A DNA stretch of 32,000 nucleotides, from positions 810,001 through 842,000 of the forward strand of contig NC_007493.2 in assembly GCF_000012905.2 (NCBI RefSeq), written 5' to 3'. The notes beneath the pieces were generated by a model, which searched no databases, was not told the DNA's origin, and was given only the letters and a program-made list of their open reading frames with translations. The stretch is from Cereibacter sphaeroides 2.4.1 (GTDB lineage: Bacteria > Pseudomonadota > Alphaproteobacteria > Rhodobacterales > Rhodobacteraceae). This document shows positions 9,241 to 19,542 of this stretch, one piece after another. Made by a program: the position numbers and the translations under genes. Positions within the stretch are counted from its first letter, which is position 1, and the number at the start of each line of letters is the position of its first letter.

Positions 9241-10157
9241 GGCAGCACCCCCACGGTGAGGCTGTAGAGCTCGTTCGGGCGGATCAGAAGATCCGCCGCG
9301 ATCTTGCCGCAGACGGCCAGCACGAGAAGCGAGAGAAGGATGCGCAGCTGCTCGGCCCGCAGGCGCACCCCGATCCGCGCGCCGATCTGAGCCCCCACCA
9401 CACCGCCCACGATCAACAGGAAGGCCAGCGCCATATCGACGGTCTGGCTGGTGACGGCATGCATGACAGTGGTGAAGGCGGTGACGAAGATGATCTGGAA
9501 GAGCGAGGTGCCGATCACGATCTTGGTGGGCATACCCAGCAGGTAGATCATGGCCGGCACCATGATGAAGCCGCCCCCCGCGCCCATGATGGCGGCGAGA
9601 AAGCCCACGAAGGCCCCGACCATCAGCGGGGGGATCACCGAGATATAGAGCCCCGAGGCACGGAACTTCATCTTGAAGGGCATCTTGTGCGCCCAGCCGT
9701 GCTGGCGCGCGCGCTTGACGGGCGCATCGGGGCGCCGGGCACGGCGGAGGGCGCGCACGCTCTCCTGCAGCATGAGCGCACCCACGAGGCCGAGGAACAG
9801 GACGTAGGACAGCTGGACGAAGAGATCGACCTGCCCCAGCGTGTTCAGCCGGGCGAAGACCGCCACGCCGAAGGCCGATCCCGCCACGCCTCCCGCCAGC
9901 AGCACGAGGCCCATGCGGAAATCGACCGTCTTGCGCTTGAGTTGCGCGAGCACTCCCGAGACGGACGAGGCCACCACCTGATTGGCGCCGGTCGCCACCG
10001 CCACGGCCGGCGGAATGCCGATGAAGAACAAGAGCGGCGTGATGAGAAAGCCTCCTCCCACGCCGAACATGCCGGACATGAAGCCGACGATCCCGCCGAG
10101 CCCGAGGAGGAGGAAGATATTGACCGATACCTCGGCGATGGGCAGGTAAAGCTGCAT
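9237..10157 (-). CDS. Sulfite exporter TauE/SafE-family membrane protein
   Basis: Track ORF of 306 aa. It has two internally repeated halves with Gly-rich helices (GMFGVGGGFLITPLL and IMGAGGGFIMVPAMIY), as expected for TauE/SafE (DUF81). Confidence 0.88.
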   Translation of the reverse strand: MQLYLPIAEVSVNIFLLLGLGGIVGFMSGMFGVGGGFLITPLLFFIGIPPAVAVATGANQVVASSVSGVLAQLKRKTVDFRMGLVLLAGGVAGSAFGVAVFARLNTLGQVDLFVQLSYVLFLGLVGALMLQESVRALRRARRPDAPVKRARQHGWAHKMPFKMKFRASGLYISVIPPLMVGAFVGFLAAIMGAGGGFIMVPAMIYLLGMPTKIVIGTSLFQIIFVTAFTTVMHAVTSQTVDMALAFLLIVGGVVGAQIGARIGVRLRAEQLRILLSLLVLAVCGKIAADLLIRPNELYSLTVGVLP

Positions 10158-10242
10158 GGGGCCGTTCGCGGGGGGGAGGGGACGTGCTCAAGACATGCGC
10201 GCTGTGGCATGGCTTGTCAAATGACGGGGGCGCGGGCGTCCC

Positions 10243-11043
10243 TCATCGCAGGCGGCGGAGGAATTCCCTGAGCAGCGTCTCGAGCTTGGCGGCCCCGAGC
10301 GGCGCCATGGCCTTGGTGTGTTCGTGGCTGATGGCCTCGTCCGAGAGGCCCGCGCCCATGTTGGTGACGGTCGAGATGGCCGCGACCTTCAGCCCGAGGA
10401 AGCGTGCGAGGATCACCTCGGGCACGGTCGACATGCCGACCGCATCGGCGCCCAGAACCCGCGCCATGCGGATCTCGGCCGGGGTCTCGAACGAGGGCCC
10501 CGAGAACCAGGCATAGACGCCCTCGCCGAGCGGCACGCCCGCCGCTTCGGCGGCCGCGCGCAGCCGGGCGCGGAGGTCGGGGTCGTGCGCATCCGTCATC
10601 GGCACAAAGCGCGCCTCCGACGGCTCACCGATCAGCGGGTTCGCGCCCGAGAGGTTGATGTGGTCCGACAGCAGCATGAGGCTGCCCGGCGGCAGGTCGG
10701 CCCGCAGGCTGCCCGCGGCATTGGTCGCGATCAGCGCCTCGGCGCCCAGATGCTTCAGCACCGCGAGCGGCACCCGCATGGCGGCCGGATTGCCGCTCTC
10801 GTAGTAATGCGCCCGGCCGCCGAAGACCGCGACCCGCACCCCTTCGAGGTCGCCCACCACGAGCCGCGGCTGATGGCCCGAGACGCCGGCCTCGGGGAAA
10901 CCCGCCAGCTCCTCGTAGGGCAGCGACACGCCCTCGACGGCCTCCGCCAGATGGCCGAGGCCCGAGCCCAGCACGAGGCCGAGCCGCACCGGCTGGTGCC
11001 CCGCCCGGGCGCGGATCAGGCTTGCGAGCCGTTCGACCTGCAT
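10243..11043 (-). CDS. Purine nucleoside phosphorylase (trimeric PNP/PunA type)
   Basis: Track ORF of 266 aa. Motifs: LGLVLGSGLG, GRAHYYE, LIATNAAGSL, GPSFETPAEIRM and GADAVGMSTVPEV. The start lies 1 nt after the permease stop. Confidence 0.9.
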   Translation of the reverse strand: MQVERLASLIRARAGHQPVRLGLVLGSGLGHLAEAVEGVSLPYEELAGFPEAGVSGHQPRLVVGDLEGVRVAVFGGRAHYYESGNPAAMRVPLAVLKHLGAEALIATNAAGSLRADLPPGSLMLLSDHINLSGANPLIGEPSEARFVPMTDAHDPDLRARLRAAAEAAGVPLGEGVYAWFSGPSFETPAEIRMARVLGADAVGMSTVPEVILARFLGLKVAAISTVTNMGAGLSDEAISHEHTKAMAPLGAAKLETLLREFLRRLR

Positions 11044-11044
11044 C

Positions 11045-12013
11045 TCAGCGTTCCTTCACATAGGGTTGGCCGCCCGCGCGCGGCGGGATCGCCTTGCCGA
11101 CGAACCCGGCGAGGATGATGACCGTGAGAATGTAGGGAAGCGCCTGCATGAACTGCACCGGAAGCGGCAGACCCCAGAGATTGAGCGACTGATAGCGGTT
11201 GGCGACCGCCTCGAGCAGGCCGAAGAGCATGGTGGCCCCCAGCGCCTGCCAGGGACGCCACTTGGCGAAGATGAGGGCCGCGAGCGCGATATAGCCGCGC
11301 CCCGCGGTCATCTCCTTCACGAAGCCCGCCGAGAGGCTGCAGGCCAGATAGGCGCCGGCGAGCCCGGTGAGGAGCCCGCAGATCGCCACCGCCGCATAGC
11401 GGATGGCCACGACGGACACGCCCGCCGTGTCGACGGCGGCCGGGTTCTCGCCCACCGCGCGCAGCCTCAGGCCGAAGCGCGTGCGGTAGAGGAGCCACCA
11501 GGACGCGGGCACCGCGAGCAGCGCAATGTAGACCAGCGCCGTATGGCCCGAGATCAGCTCGCGATAGATCGGCCCCAGCACCGGCACGCCGCGCAGCTCT
11601 TCCGCGAAGGGCAGCGTGATCGGCGCGAAGCGCGCGGCCCCCTCGAGCGAGGGCGTGCGGCCGCCGAGCGCGAACCAGTATTGTCCGAGCAGCACCGTCA
11701 GGCCGGAGGCGAGGAAGTTGATCGCCACGCCGGAGATCAGCTGATTGCCGCGGAAGGTGATCGAGGCGAGCCCGTGGATCGCCGACATCAGCAGCGAGGC
11801 CACGATGCCTGCAATGAGCCCGAGCCAGACCGAGCCCGTGACGAAGGCCACGGCGGCGGACAGGAAGGCCGCCGCCAGCATCTTGCCCTCGAGCCCGATG
11901 TCGAAGATGCCCGCCCGCTCGGAGAAGAGCCCGGCGAGGCAGGCGAGAAGCAGCGGCGTCCCGAGCCGGATGGTGGAATCGAGGATCTGAAGGAGGGTCG
12001 GCAGATCCATCAT
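11045..12013 (-). CDS. ABC transporter permease (BMP/nucleoside-type importer, second permease)
   Basis: This is the C-terminal 322 codons of track ORF 11045..12997. The start MMDLPTLLQILDSTIRLGTPLLLACLAGLFSERAGIFDIGLEGKM overlaps the upstream stop (ATGA). Confidence 0.9.
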   Translation of the reverse strand: MMDLPTLLQILDSTIRLGTPLLLACLAGLFSERAGIFDIGLEGKMLAAAFLSAAVAFVTGSVWLGLIAGIVASLLMSAIHGLASITFRGNQLISGVAINFLASGLTVLLGQYWFALGGRTPSLEGAARFAPITLPFAEELRGVPVLGPIYRELISGHTALVYIALLAVPASWWLLYRTRFGLRLRAVGENPAAVDTAGVSVVAIRYAAVAICGLLTGLAGAYLACSLSAGFVKEMTAGRGYIALAALIFAKWRPWQALGATMLFGLLEAVANRYQSLNLWGLPLPVQFMQALPYILTVIILAGFVGKAIPPRAGGQPYVKER

Positions 12014-13103
12014 TTCGCCCCCTTCCGCGCGCGCAGGAACAGGGCCTCGACCGGCTGGCGCACCATGTTGTCGAGCGCGCCGGTGAAGAGGATCACCAGC
12101 GCCTGGATCACGGTGATGAGCTCGCGCGGGATCGAGGTCCAGAGCGCGAGCTCGGCGCCGCCCTGATAGAGGAAGCCGAAGAGGAGCGCCGCGAGCAGCA
12201 CGCCGAACGGATGGGACCGGCCCATCAGCGCCACCGCGATGCCGATGAAGCCCGCCCCCTCGACCGAGTTCAGCACCAGCCGCTCGGCCTCGCCCATCAC
12301 ATTGTTGATCGTCATCAGCCCCGCGAGCGCGCCCGAGATCAGCATGGCGAGCATGGTGATGCGGACGGGCGAGATCCCGGCATAGACGGCGGCCTTCTCG
12401 GACTTGCCGAAGGCGCGGATCTCGTAGCCGAGCCGCGTGCGCCAGATCAGCGCCCAGACGAGGAAGCAGGCGCCGAGCGCGATGAAGAGGGTGACGTTGG
12501 CGGGGGTGGTCTTGGCGAAGGGAATGCCCACGGCCGTCAGCATGTCGCCGATGCCGGGCAGGCTGGTCGCGCCCGGAAAGCGCGCCGTCGCCGGATCCAT
12601 GCTGCCCGTCGGGCGCAGCACATTGACGAGGATGTAGTTCAGAAGCGAGGCGGCGATGAAGTTGAACATGATCGTCGTGATGACGATGTGGCTGCCGCGC
12701 CGGGCCTGAAGCCAGGCGGGCACGGCTGCCCAGGCCGCGCCCAAGGCCGCGCCCATGGCGGCCGCCCCGATCAGCGCCAAGGACCAGTGCGGCCAGGGCA
12801 CGAAGAGGCAGGCCAGCGCCACGCCGAGCCCGCCGAGCGTCGCCTGGCCCTCTCCGCCGATGTTGAACAGGCTCGCATGGAAGGCCACCGCGACGGCGAG
12901 GCCGGTGAAGATGAAGTTGGTGGCGTAATAGAGCGTGTAGCCCCAGCCGTAGCTGGAGCCGAGCGCCCCCGTCACCATGATCTTCAAGGCCTCCCACGGG
13001 TTCTCGCCGATGGCGAGGATCACGCCCGAAGAGATGGCAAAGGCCACCACGAGCGAGATCAGCGGCACGAGAAGCGCATCGGCCCAGGCTGGCATCCTCT
13101 CCA

Positions 13104-13104
<1 letters not shown>
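12010..13104 (-). CDS. ABC transporter permease (BMP/nucleoside-type importer, first permease)
   Basis: This is the C-terminal 364 codons of track ORF 12010..15531. The start MERMPAWADALLVPL overlaps the ATPase stop by 1 nt (TGATG). It contains FNIGGEGQ and a hydrophobic multi-pass profile. Confidence 0.9.
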
Positions 13105-14681
<1,577 letters not shown>

Positions 14682-15677
14682 TCAGAAGGTCGCGGCAGGG
14701 CAGGTGTTGTCGGTCATGTAGTCGTGGACCTCGATTTCGCCCGACTTGATCTTCTCGGCAGCCGCATCGACGGCGGTCTTCATCTCGTCGCTGACGAGCG
14801 CGGCATTGTTCTCGTCGAGCGCATAGCCCACGCCGTCGCCCTTGAGGTCGGCCACCACTGTGCCCGTCTCCAGATCGGTGCCGGACTTGAACGCTTCGTA
14901 GACGGTATTGTCTACGCGCTTGATCATCGAGGTCAGCACCTTGCCCGGATGCAGGTGGTTCTGGTTGCTGTCCACCCCGATCGAGAGCACGTTCTCGTCC
15001 GCGGCCGCCTGCAGCACGCCCATGCCGGTCGAGCCTGCGGCGGCATAGATCACGTCCGCCCCCTGCGAGACCTGAGACTTGGCCAGCTCGGTGCCCTTCA
15101 CCGGGTCGTTCCAGGCCGCGGGCGTCGTGCCCGTCATGTTGATGATGATCTTGCCATCGGGCTTCACCGCCTTGAAGCCCTGCGCATAGCCGCAGGCGAA
15201 CTTGCGGATCAGCGGGATGTCCATGCCGCCCACGAAGCCCACCGTGCCCGATTTCGAGGCCATCGCGGCCATCATGCCCACCAGATAGGACCCCTCGTGC
15301 TCGGAGAAGACGACCGAGCGGACGTTCGGCTGCTCGACCACCGCATCGATGATGGCGAATTTCGTGTCGGGATAATCGGGCGCCACCTTGTCGAGCACCT
15401 CGCCGAAGGCGAAGCCCGTCATCACGATCGGGTTCGAGCCGGTCTCGGCCAGCCGGCGCAGCGCCTGCTCGCGCTGGGCCTCGGACTGCATCTCCAGCTC
15501 CTTGTAGGAACCGCCGGTTTCCTCCTTCCACCGCTGGGCCCCGTTGAAGGCCGCTTCGTTGAAGGACTTGTCGAATTTGCCCCCGAGATCGAAGATCAGC
15601 GCCGGATCGGCCAGCGCTGCCCCTGCCGTCAGCGCAAGAGCCGCGGCAGTGCCGGCAAGGGTCTGGAATAGGGTCAT
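14682..15677 (-). CDS. BMP-family (Med/PnrA-like) ABC substrate-binding protein, probably nucleoside-binding
   Basis: Track ORF of 331 aa. It has a signal peptide (MTLFQTLAGTAAALALTAGAALA) plus DKSFNEAA and GFVGGMDIPLI, as in basic membrane protein family binding proteins. It abuts the ATPase start. Confidence 0.92.
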   Translation of the reverse strand: MTLFQTLAGTAAALALTAGAALADPALIFDLGGKFDKSFNEAAFNGAQRWKEETGGSYKELEMQSEAQREQALRRLAETGSNPIVMTGFAFGEVLDKVAPDYPDTKFAIIDAVVEQPNVRSVVFSEHEGSYLVGMMAAMASKSGTVGFVGGMDIPLIRKFACGYAQGFKAVKPDGKIIINMTGTTPAAWNDPVKGTELAKSQVSQGADVIYAAAGSTGMGVLQAAADENVLSIGVDSNQNHLHPGKVLTSMIKRVDNTVYEAFKSGTDLETGTVVADLKGDGVGYALDENNAALVSDEMKTAVDAAAEKIKSGEIEVHDYMTDNTCPAATF

Positions 15678-15830
15678 GGAGCTCTCCCGGTTGTCGTTGG
15701 CGCGGCCGGCTCTTTGCCCGTCCGGTCGCGGCAGGTCCGGGTCAATCTAGGGCTGAACGACGGAACAGGGTCAACAGGATTCTGTGAGGCCCGGGCGGCG
15801 CTTCCGCGGCGTCCTGCGCCTGCCGCGGCG

Positions 15831-16313
15831 TCAGCCGAGCGGGCGGCTCATCACAAGCGCATCGAGCGGGCGGCCCTCGGGGGTGCGGTAATAGCCGCGC
15901 CGCCGCCCGGCCTCGGCAAAGCCCGCGACGCGGTAGAGCGCAAGCGCCGGCTCATTGTCGGCGGCCACCTCGAGAAAGGCGCTCTCCGCGCCCCGGGCCC
16001 GGGCTGCCAAAAGGAAGGCTGCCACCAGCCGGGCGCCGAGGCCCTGCCGCCGCGCCTCGGGGGCCACGGCCAGCGTCAGGATCTCGGCCTCGCCCGCGAT
16101 GGCGCGGCCCATCAGGAACCCGTCCGGCGCGGCAGGCTGCAGCGCCTCGGACGCCGAGCCCGGGCGCGGTTCGGTCAGCAGGAACACGGATGGCTCGCCC
16201 AGAAGCGCCCGGAACTCCGGCACCGACCAGGGCCGGGGCGTCTGAAACACCCGGCCGTGCAAAGCGGCAAGCGCGTTCGGTCCGACGGGCGATAGGGCAG
16301 GGGCCGCGGTCAC
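15831..16313 (-). CDS. rimI: GNAT acetyltransferase, ribosomal-protein-alanine N-acetyltransferase type
   Basis: Track ORF of 160 aa. The GNAT acetyl-CoA motif is RRQGLGARLV. The GTG start overlaps the tsaB stop (GTGA), which is the usual tsaB-rimI pairing. Confidence 0.8.
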   Translation of the reverse strand: MTAAPALSPVGPNALAALHGRVFQTPRPWSVPEFRALLGEPSVFLLTEPRPGSASEALQPAAPDGFLMGRAIAGEAEILTLAVAPEARRQGLGARLVAAFLLAARARGAESAFLEVAADNEPALALYRVAGFAEAGRRRGYYRTPEGRPLDALVMSRPLG

Positions 16314-16918
16314 AGGATCACCGGCGGGGGATCGGCGGCCGGCGCGGCATCGGCGCCGCGCAGATAGAAGGGCGCGGGCCGGGGCTGCGGCTGGCCGAGC
16401 CTAGTTGCCGCCACCCGCGCAATGGCCTCGGCCAGGGGGTAGAGCGGCTCGAGCCGGTCGGCGAAGGCCGCGCTGCCCACCTGCCGGGGCGCCGTCACCG
16501 AGAGCCCCTCGAGGGCCACGAGCCGTGGCGGCAGGGCCCCGTCGGCCAGATAGACCTCGCCCCGCCGCGCATCCTCGAGCACCGCCACGGGCGCGGGCAG
16601 ACCCAGCGCCAGAGCCTCGAACCGCGAGACGCCCAGGGCCGGCTTCCCCAGCGCGAGCGCCAGCCCCCGGGCGGCCGCGACCGCGATCCGCACCCCGGTG
16701 AAATTGCCGGGCCCGGTCCCCACCGCCAGCGCGTCGAGATCGGCCCAGCCCAGGCTTCCCTCGGCCAGAACCTCCTCCAAGAGCGGCATCAGCCGCTCGG
16801 CCTGGCCCTTCTCCATCGGTTCGGTCCGGAGGGCGAGCAGCCGGTCCCCCGAAAGCAACGCGGCCGCGCAATGCGCGGCCGACGTGTCGAAGGCCAGGAT
16901 CGCGGGCTCAGGCCGCAA
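16310..16918 (-). CDS. tsaB: tRNA threonylcarbamoyladenosine (t6A) biosynthesis protein TsaB
   Basis: Track ORF of 202 aa. Motifs: ILAFDTSAAHCAAAL and AVGTGPGNFTGVRIAVAAARGLALA. Confidence 0.85.
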   Translation of the reverse strand: MRPEPAILAFDTSAAHCAAALLSGDRLLALRTEPMEKGQAERLMPLLEEVLAEGSLGWADLDALAVGTGPGNFTGVRIAVAAARGLALALGKPALGVSRFEALALGLPAPVAVLEDARRGEVYLADGALPPRLVALEGLSVTAPRQVGSAAFADRLEPLYPLAEAIARVAATRLGQPQPRPAPFYLRGADAAPAADPPPVIL

Positions 16919-17468
16919 CCGGGCGCACCTCCAGCACTTCCGGGATGTAATGCCGGAGCAGGTTCTCGATCCCCATCTTCAGCGTCAGCGTCGAGGAGGG
17001 GCAGCCCGCGCAGGCACCCTGCATGTGCAGATAGACGATGCCGCGGTCGAAACCGTGGAAGGTGATGTCGCCACCGTCCTGCGCCACCGCCGGACGGACA
17101 CGGGTGTCGAGCAGCTCCTTGATCTGGCGCACCACATCCTCGTCCGGCCCGTCGTGGCTCGCGTGCCCCGAGGCCGCCTGCTCGCCCTCGAGCACCGGCG
17201 CGCCCGATTGGTAATGTTCCATGATGGCGCCGAGGATCGCGGGCTTGATATGATCCCAGGCCACCTCATCGGCCTTGGTCACCGCCACGAAATCGGTGCC
17301 GAAGAAGACGGCCGACACGCCGCCCGCGGCGAAGATGCGCCGGGCGAGAGGCGAGGTCGCGGCCGCCTCGGCCGTTGCGAAATCGGCGGTGCCCGCCTCC
17401 AGCACCATCTGGCCGGGCAGGAATTTCAGCGTCGCCGGGTTCGGCGTGGATTCGGTCTGGATGAACAT
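16908..17468 (-). CDS. NifU/Nfu-type Fe-S cluster assembly protein (Nfu N-terminal domain plus a CxxC NifU C-terminal domain)
   Basis: Track ORF of 186 aa. Motifs: MFIQTESTPNPATLKFLPG and GACAGCPSSTLTLKMGIENLL. Confidence 0.9.
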   Translation of the reverse strand: MFIQTESTPNPATLKFLPGQMVLEAGTADFATAEAAATSPLARRIFAAGGVSAVFFGTDFVAVTKADEVAWDHIKPAILGAIMEHYQSGAPVLEGEQAASGHASHDGPDEDVVRQIKELLDTRVRPAVAQDGGDITFHGFDRGIVYLHMQGACAGCPSSTLTLKMGIENLLRHYIPEVLEVRPVAA

Positions 17469-17552
17469 GGGCAGCCTCCGCGATCAGGCCCCGATATGCG
17501 CTTCCCGACCCGCCAAGTCAAGAATTGGCCCCCTCCGCGCGCGCCCCGCGCG

Positions 17553-17609
17553 CTTTCACTCTGCCCAAATATCCCGGGGGTCCGGGGGTAGCGCCCCCGG
17601 CCTTTCGCC
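17553..17609 (-). repeat. Copy 1 of a 57-bp structured intergenic element (hairpin followed by ATATTTGGG), 5 nt after the USP stop
   Basis: The reverse complement is GGCGAAAGGCCGGGGGCGCTACCCCCGGACCCCCGGGATATTTGGGCAGAGTGAAAG. It matches 30047-30102 (+) apart from 1 indel and 1 substitution. Confidence 0.85.
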
Positions 17610-17614
17610 GGATC

Positions 17615-18075
17615 TCAGGTGATGGCCTCCAGCCGCTCCTTCGACATCTCGCCCGGCACGATGGTGATCGGGATGGGCAGGTTGCCGGAATTGCGGCTCA
17701 TCTGGGTCACCAGCGGCCCCGGCCCCGCCTTCTCCGTCGAGGCGCCGAGCACCAGCACCCCGATCGCCGGATCCTCCTTCACCTGCGCGAGGATCTCCTG
17801 CACCGGATCGCCCTCGCGGATCACGAGTTCGGGATCGATCCCCTGCCGGTCGCGCATCCACTTCGCGAAGACCTCGAAATGGGCCTCGATCCGCTCGCGC
17901 GCCTCGGTCCGCATCAGGTCCGAGACGCCCATCCAGTGCTGATATTCCTCGGGCGGGATGATCGACAGGATCTGCACGCCGGCCCCGGTATGGGCGGCGC
18001 GCAGCGCGGCGAAGCGCATCGCATCGCGTTCAGGCACTCGCGGCTGTCATCCAGAACGACCAGAAACTTGCGCAT
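17615..18075 (-). pseudogene. Universal stress protein (UspA family) interrupted by a frameshift at a 5-bp tandem duplication. Track ORF 17615..18037 covers only the downstream frame.
   Basis: ATG 18075 has GGAGG 5 nt upstream and opens MRKFLVVLDDSRECLNAM, a canonical USP N-terminus. That frame stops after 53 codons. The rest of the domain (RFAALRAAHTGAGVQILSII ... VLVLGAS ... IPITIVPG) is in another frame. The junction is GCATCGCATC at 18016-18025. Confidence 0.6.
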
Positions 18076-18128
18076 CACGTCCTCCCTGACCGCGGGATCA
18101 TGGCGAAGCCTGTCCCGGCGCGCAAGGC

Positions 18129-18992
18129 TCAGCCCACCGAATGCGCCCAGTCCCAGTAGAGCTGCCGCACCAGCCGCGTGACCGGACCCACCTGATAGAC
18201 GGTCTCATCGAAGCCCGTGACCGGCGTGACCTTGGCGAAATTGCCCGAGAGGAACACTTCGTCGGCGCCGTGGAAATCCTCGAAGGTCAGCACCGTCTCG
18301 ACCACGTCGACCCCGTCGGCGCGCAGGTTGGCTATGTGGCGCGCCCGGGTGATGCCCGACAGGAAGGTGCCGTTCGGAACCGGCGTGAAGACCACGCCGT
18401 CCTTCACCATGAAGACGTTGGCCGTGGCCGTCTCGGCCACATTGCCCATCGCGTCCGCCACCAGCGCATTGCCGAAGCCCTTCGAGCGCGCCTCGACCAG
18501 CATCCGGGCATTGTTCGGATAGAGGCAGCCCGCCTTCGCGTTGCAGACATTGTCCTCGAGCACCGGCCTGCGGAAGCGGGTGCGGGTGAGCGTGGTCGTG
18601 ACCTCGGGCGCGGGCATCGCCACCTCCTCGAGGCAGAGCGCGAAGCCCGTGGCGCCGGGCTTCGGCGCCACCCCCAGATCCGATCCGTCGAGCGCCCAGT
18701 ACATCGGCCGGATATAGACCGCCTGATCGCGCCCGTAGGCCCTGAGCCCCTCGCGCGCGATGGCGACCATCTCCTCGGTGCCCACCGTGGGCGTGATCAT
18801 CAGCGCCTCGGCCGAGCGGTTCACCCGCGCGCAATGGGCCTCCAGATCCGGCGCCACCCCGTCGAACCAGCGCGCGCCGTCGAAGACCGAAGAGCCCTGC
18901 CAGATCCCGTGGTCGGCTGCGCGCATCACGGCCACGTCGCCCTCGTGCCAGCGGCCCTCGAAGAAGGTGCGGATGTTCCTGCCGAATGCCAT
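18129..18992 (-). CDS. Branched-chain amino acid aminotransferase (PLP fold type IV)
   Basis: This is the C-terminal 287 codons of track ORF 18129..19256. The start is ATG 18992 (MAFGRNIRTFFEGRW) after AGGAGA. It contains NAKAGCLYPNN, ETATANVFMV and GITR. Confidence 0.88.
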   Translation of the reverse strand: MAFGRNIRTFFEGRWHEGDVAVMRAADHGIWQGSSVFDGARWFDGVAPDLEAHCARVNRSAEALMITPTVGTEEMVAIAREGLRAYGRDQAVYIRPMYWALDGSDLGVAPKPGATGFALCLEEVAMPAPEVTTTLTRTRFRRPVLEDNVCNAKAGCLYPNNARMLVEARSKGFGNALVADAMGNVAETATANVFMVKDGVVFTPVPNGTFLSGITRARHIANLRADGVDVVETVLTFEDFHGADEVFLSGNFAKVTPVTGFDETVYQVGPVTRLVRQLYWDWAHSVG

Positions 18993-19062
18993 CGTGATCT
19001 CCTGCCTCTTGCGGCCCCCCTTAAAGCACCGCGCAGGGGCGGGGTCCAGACGGCGTGCCGCC

Positions 19063-19542
19063 TCAGTCCGCCTCGGCCAGCAGCGCCGCGAGATCGAGCC
19101 GCCCGGTCCCCATGGCCAGCGCGCCGTGGGCGTCGCGTGGCCAGTCCTCGGGCGCCCGGTCGCGGTAGAGTTCCACCCCGTTGCCGTCCGGATCGCGCAG
19201 ATAGACCGCTTCCGAGACGCCGTGATCGGCAGCCCCCTCCAGCGCCACGTCGGCATCGAGAACGCGCCGCACCGCAGCCCCGAGCGAGGCGCGGTCGGGA
19301 AACAGGATGGCGGTGTGATAGAGGCCGGTCGTGCCGGGGGCGGGCGGCTCGCCCCCGAGGCTCTCCCAGCTGTTCAGGCCGATATGGTGATGATAGCCGC
19401 CGGCCGACAGGAAGGCCGCGCGGCTGCCGAGCTTCTGCTGAAGCTCGAAGCCGAGGACGCCCCCGTAGAAGGCGATGGCGCGGTCGAGGTCGGCCACCTT
19501 CAGATGGACATGTCCGATGCGGGTCTGAGGCGGAAGGGTCAT
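19063..19542 (-). CDS. VOC-family protein (glyoxalase/bleomycin-resistance/extradiol dioxygenase fold)
   Basis: In frame with track ORF 19063..19671. The start is ATG 19542 (MTLPPQTRIGHVHLKVADLDRAIAFYGGVLGFEL) after AGGAG. A second beta-alpha-beta module carries YLRDPDGNGVELY. Confidence 0.8.
   Translation of the reverse strand: MTLPPQTRIGHVHLKVADLDRAIAFYGGVLGFELQQKLGSRAAFLSAGGYHHHIGLNSWESLGGEPPAPGTTGLYHTAILFPDRASLGAAVRRVLDADVALEGAADHGVSEAVYLRDPDGNGVELYRDRAPEDWPRDAHGALAMGTGRLDLAALLAEAD

Noticed and set aside
10192-10220. A perfect TTGACA -35 hexamer (minus strand, 10215-10220) upstream of the TauE gene
   Set aside because: No acceptable -10 element lies at 16-19 nt (CATGTC at best), so a promoter call is not supported from sequence alone.
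15744-15774. Candidate sigma-70 promoter for the ABC importer operon (minus strand TTGACC ... TAGATT)
   Set aside because: The spacer is 19 nt and the -10 matches only 4 of 6 positions. I cannot distinguish it from chance without transcription start data.
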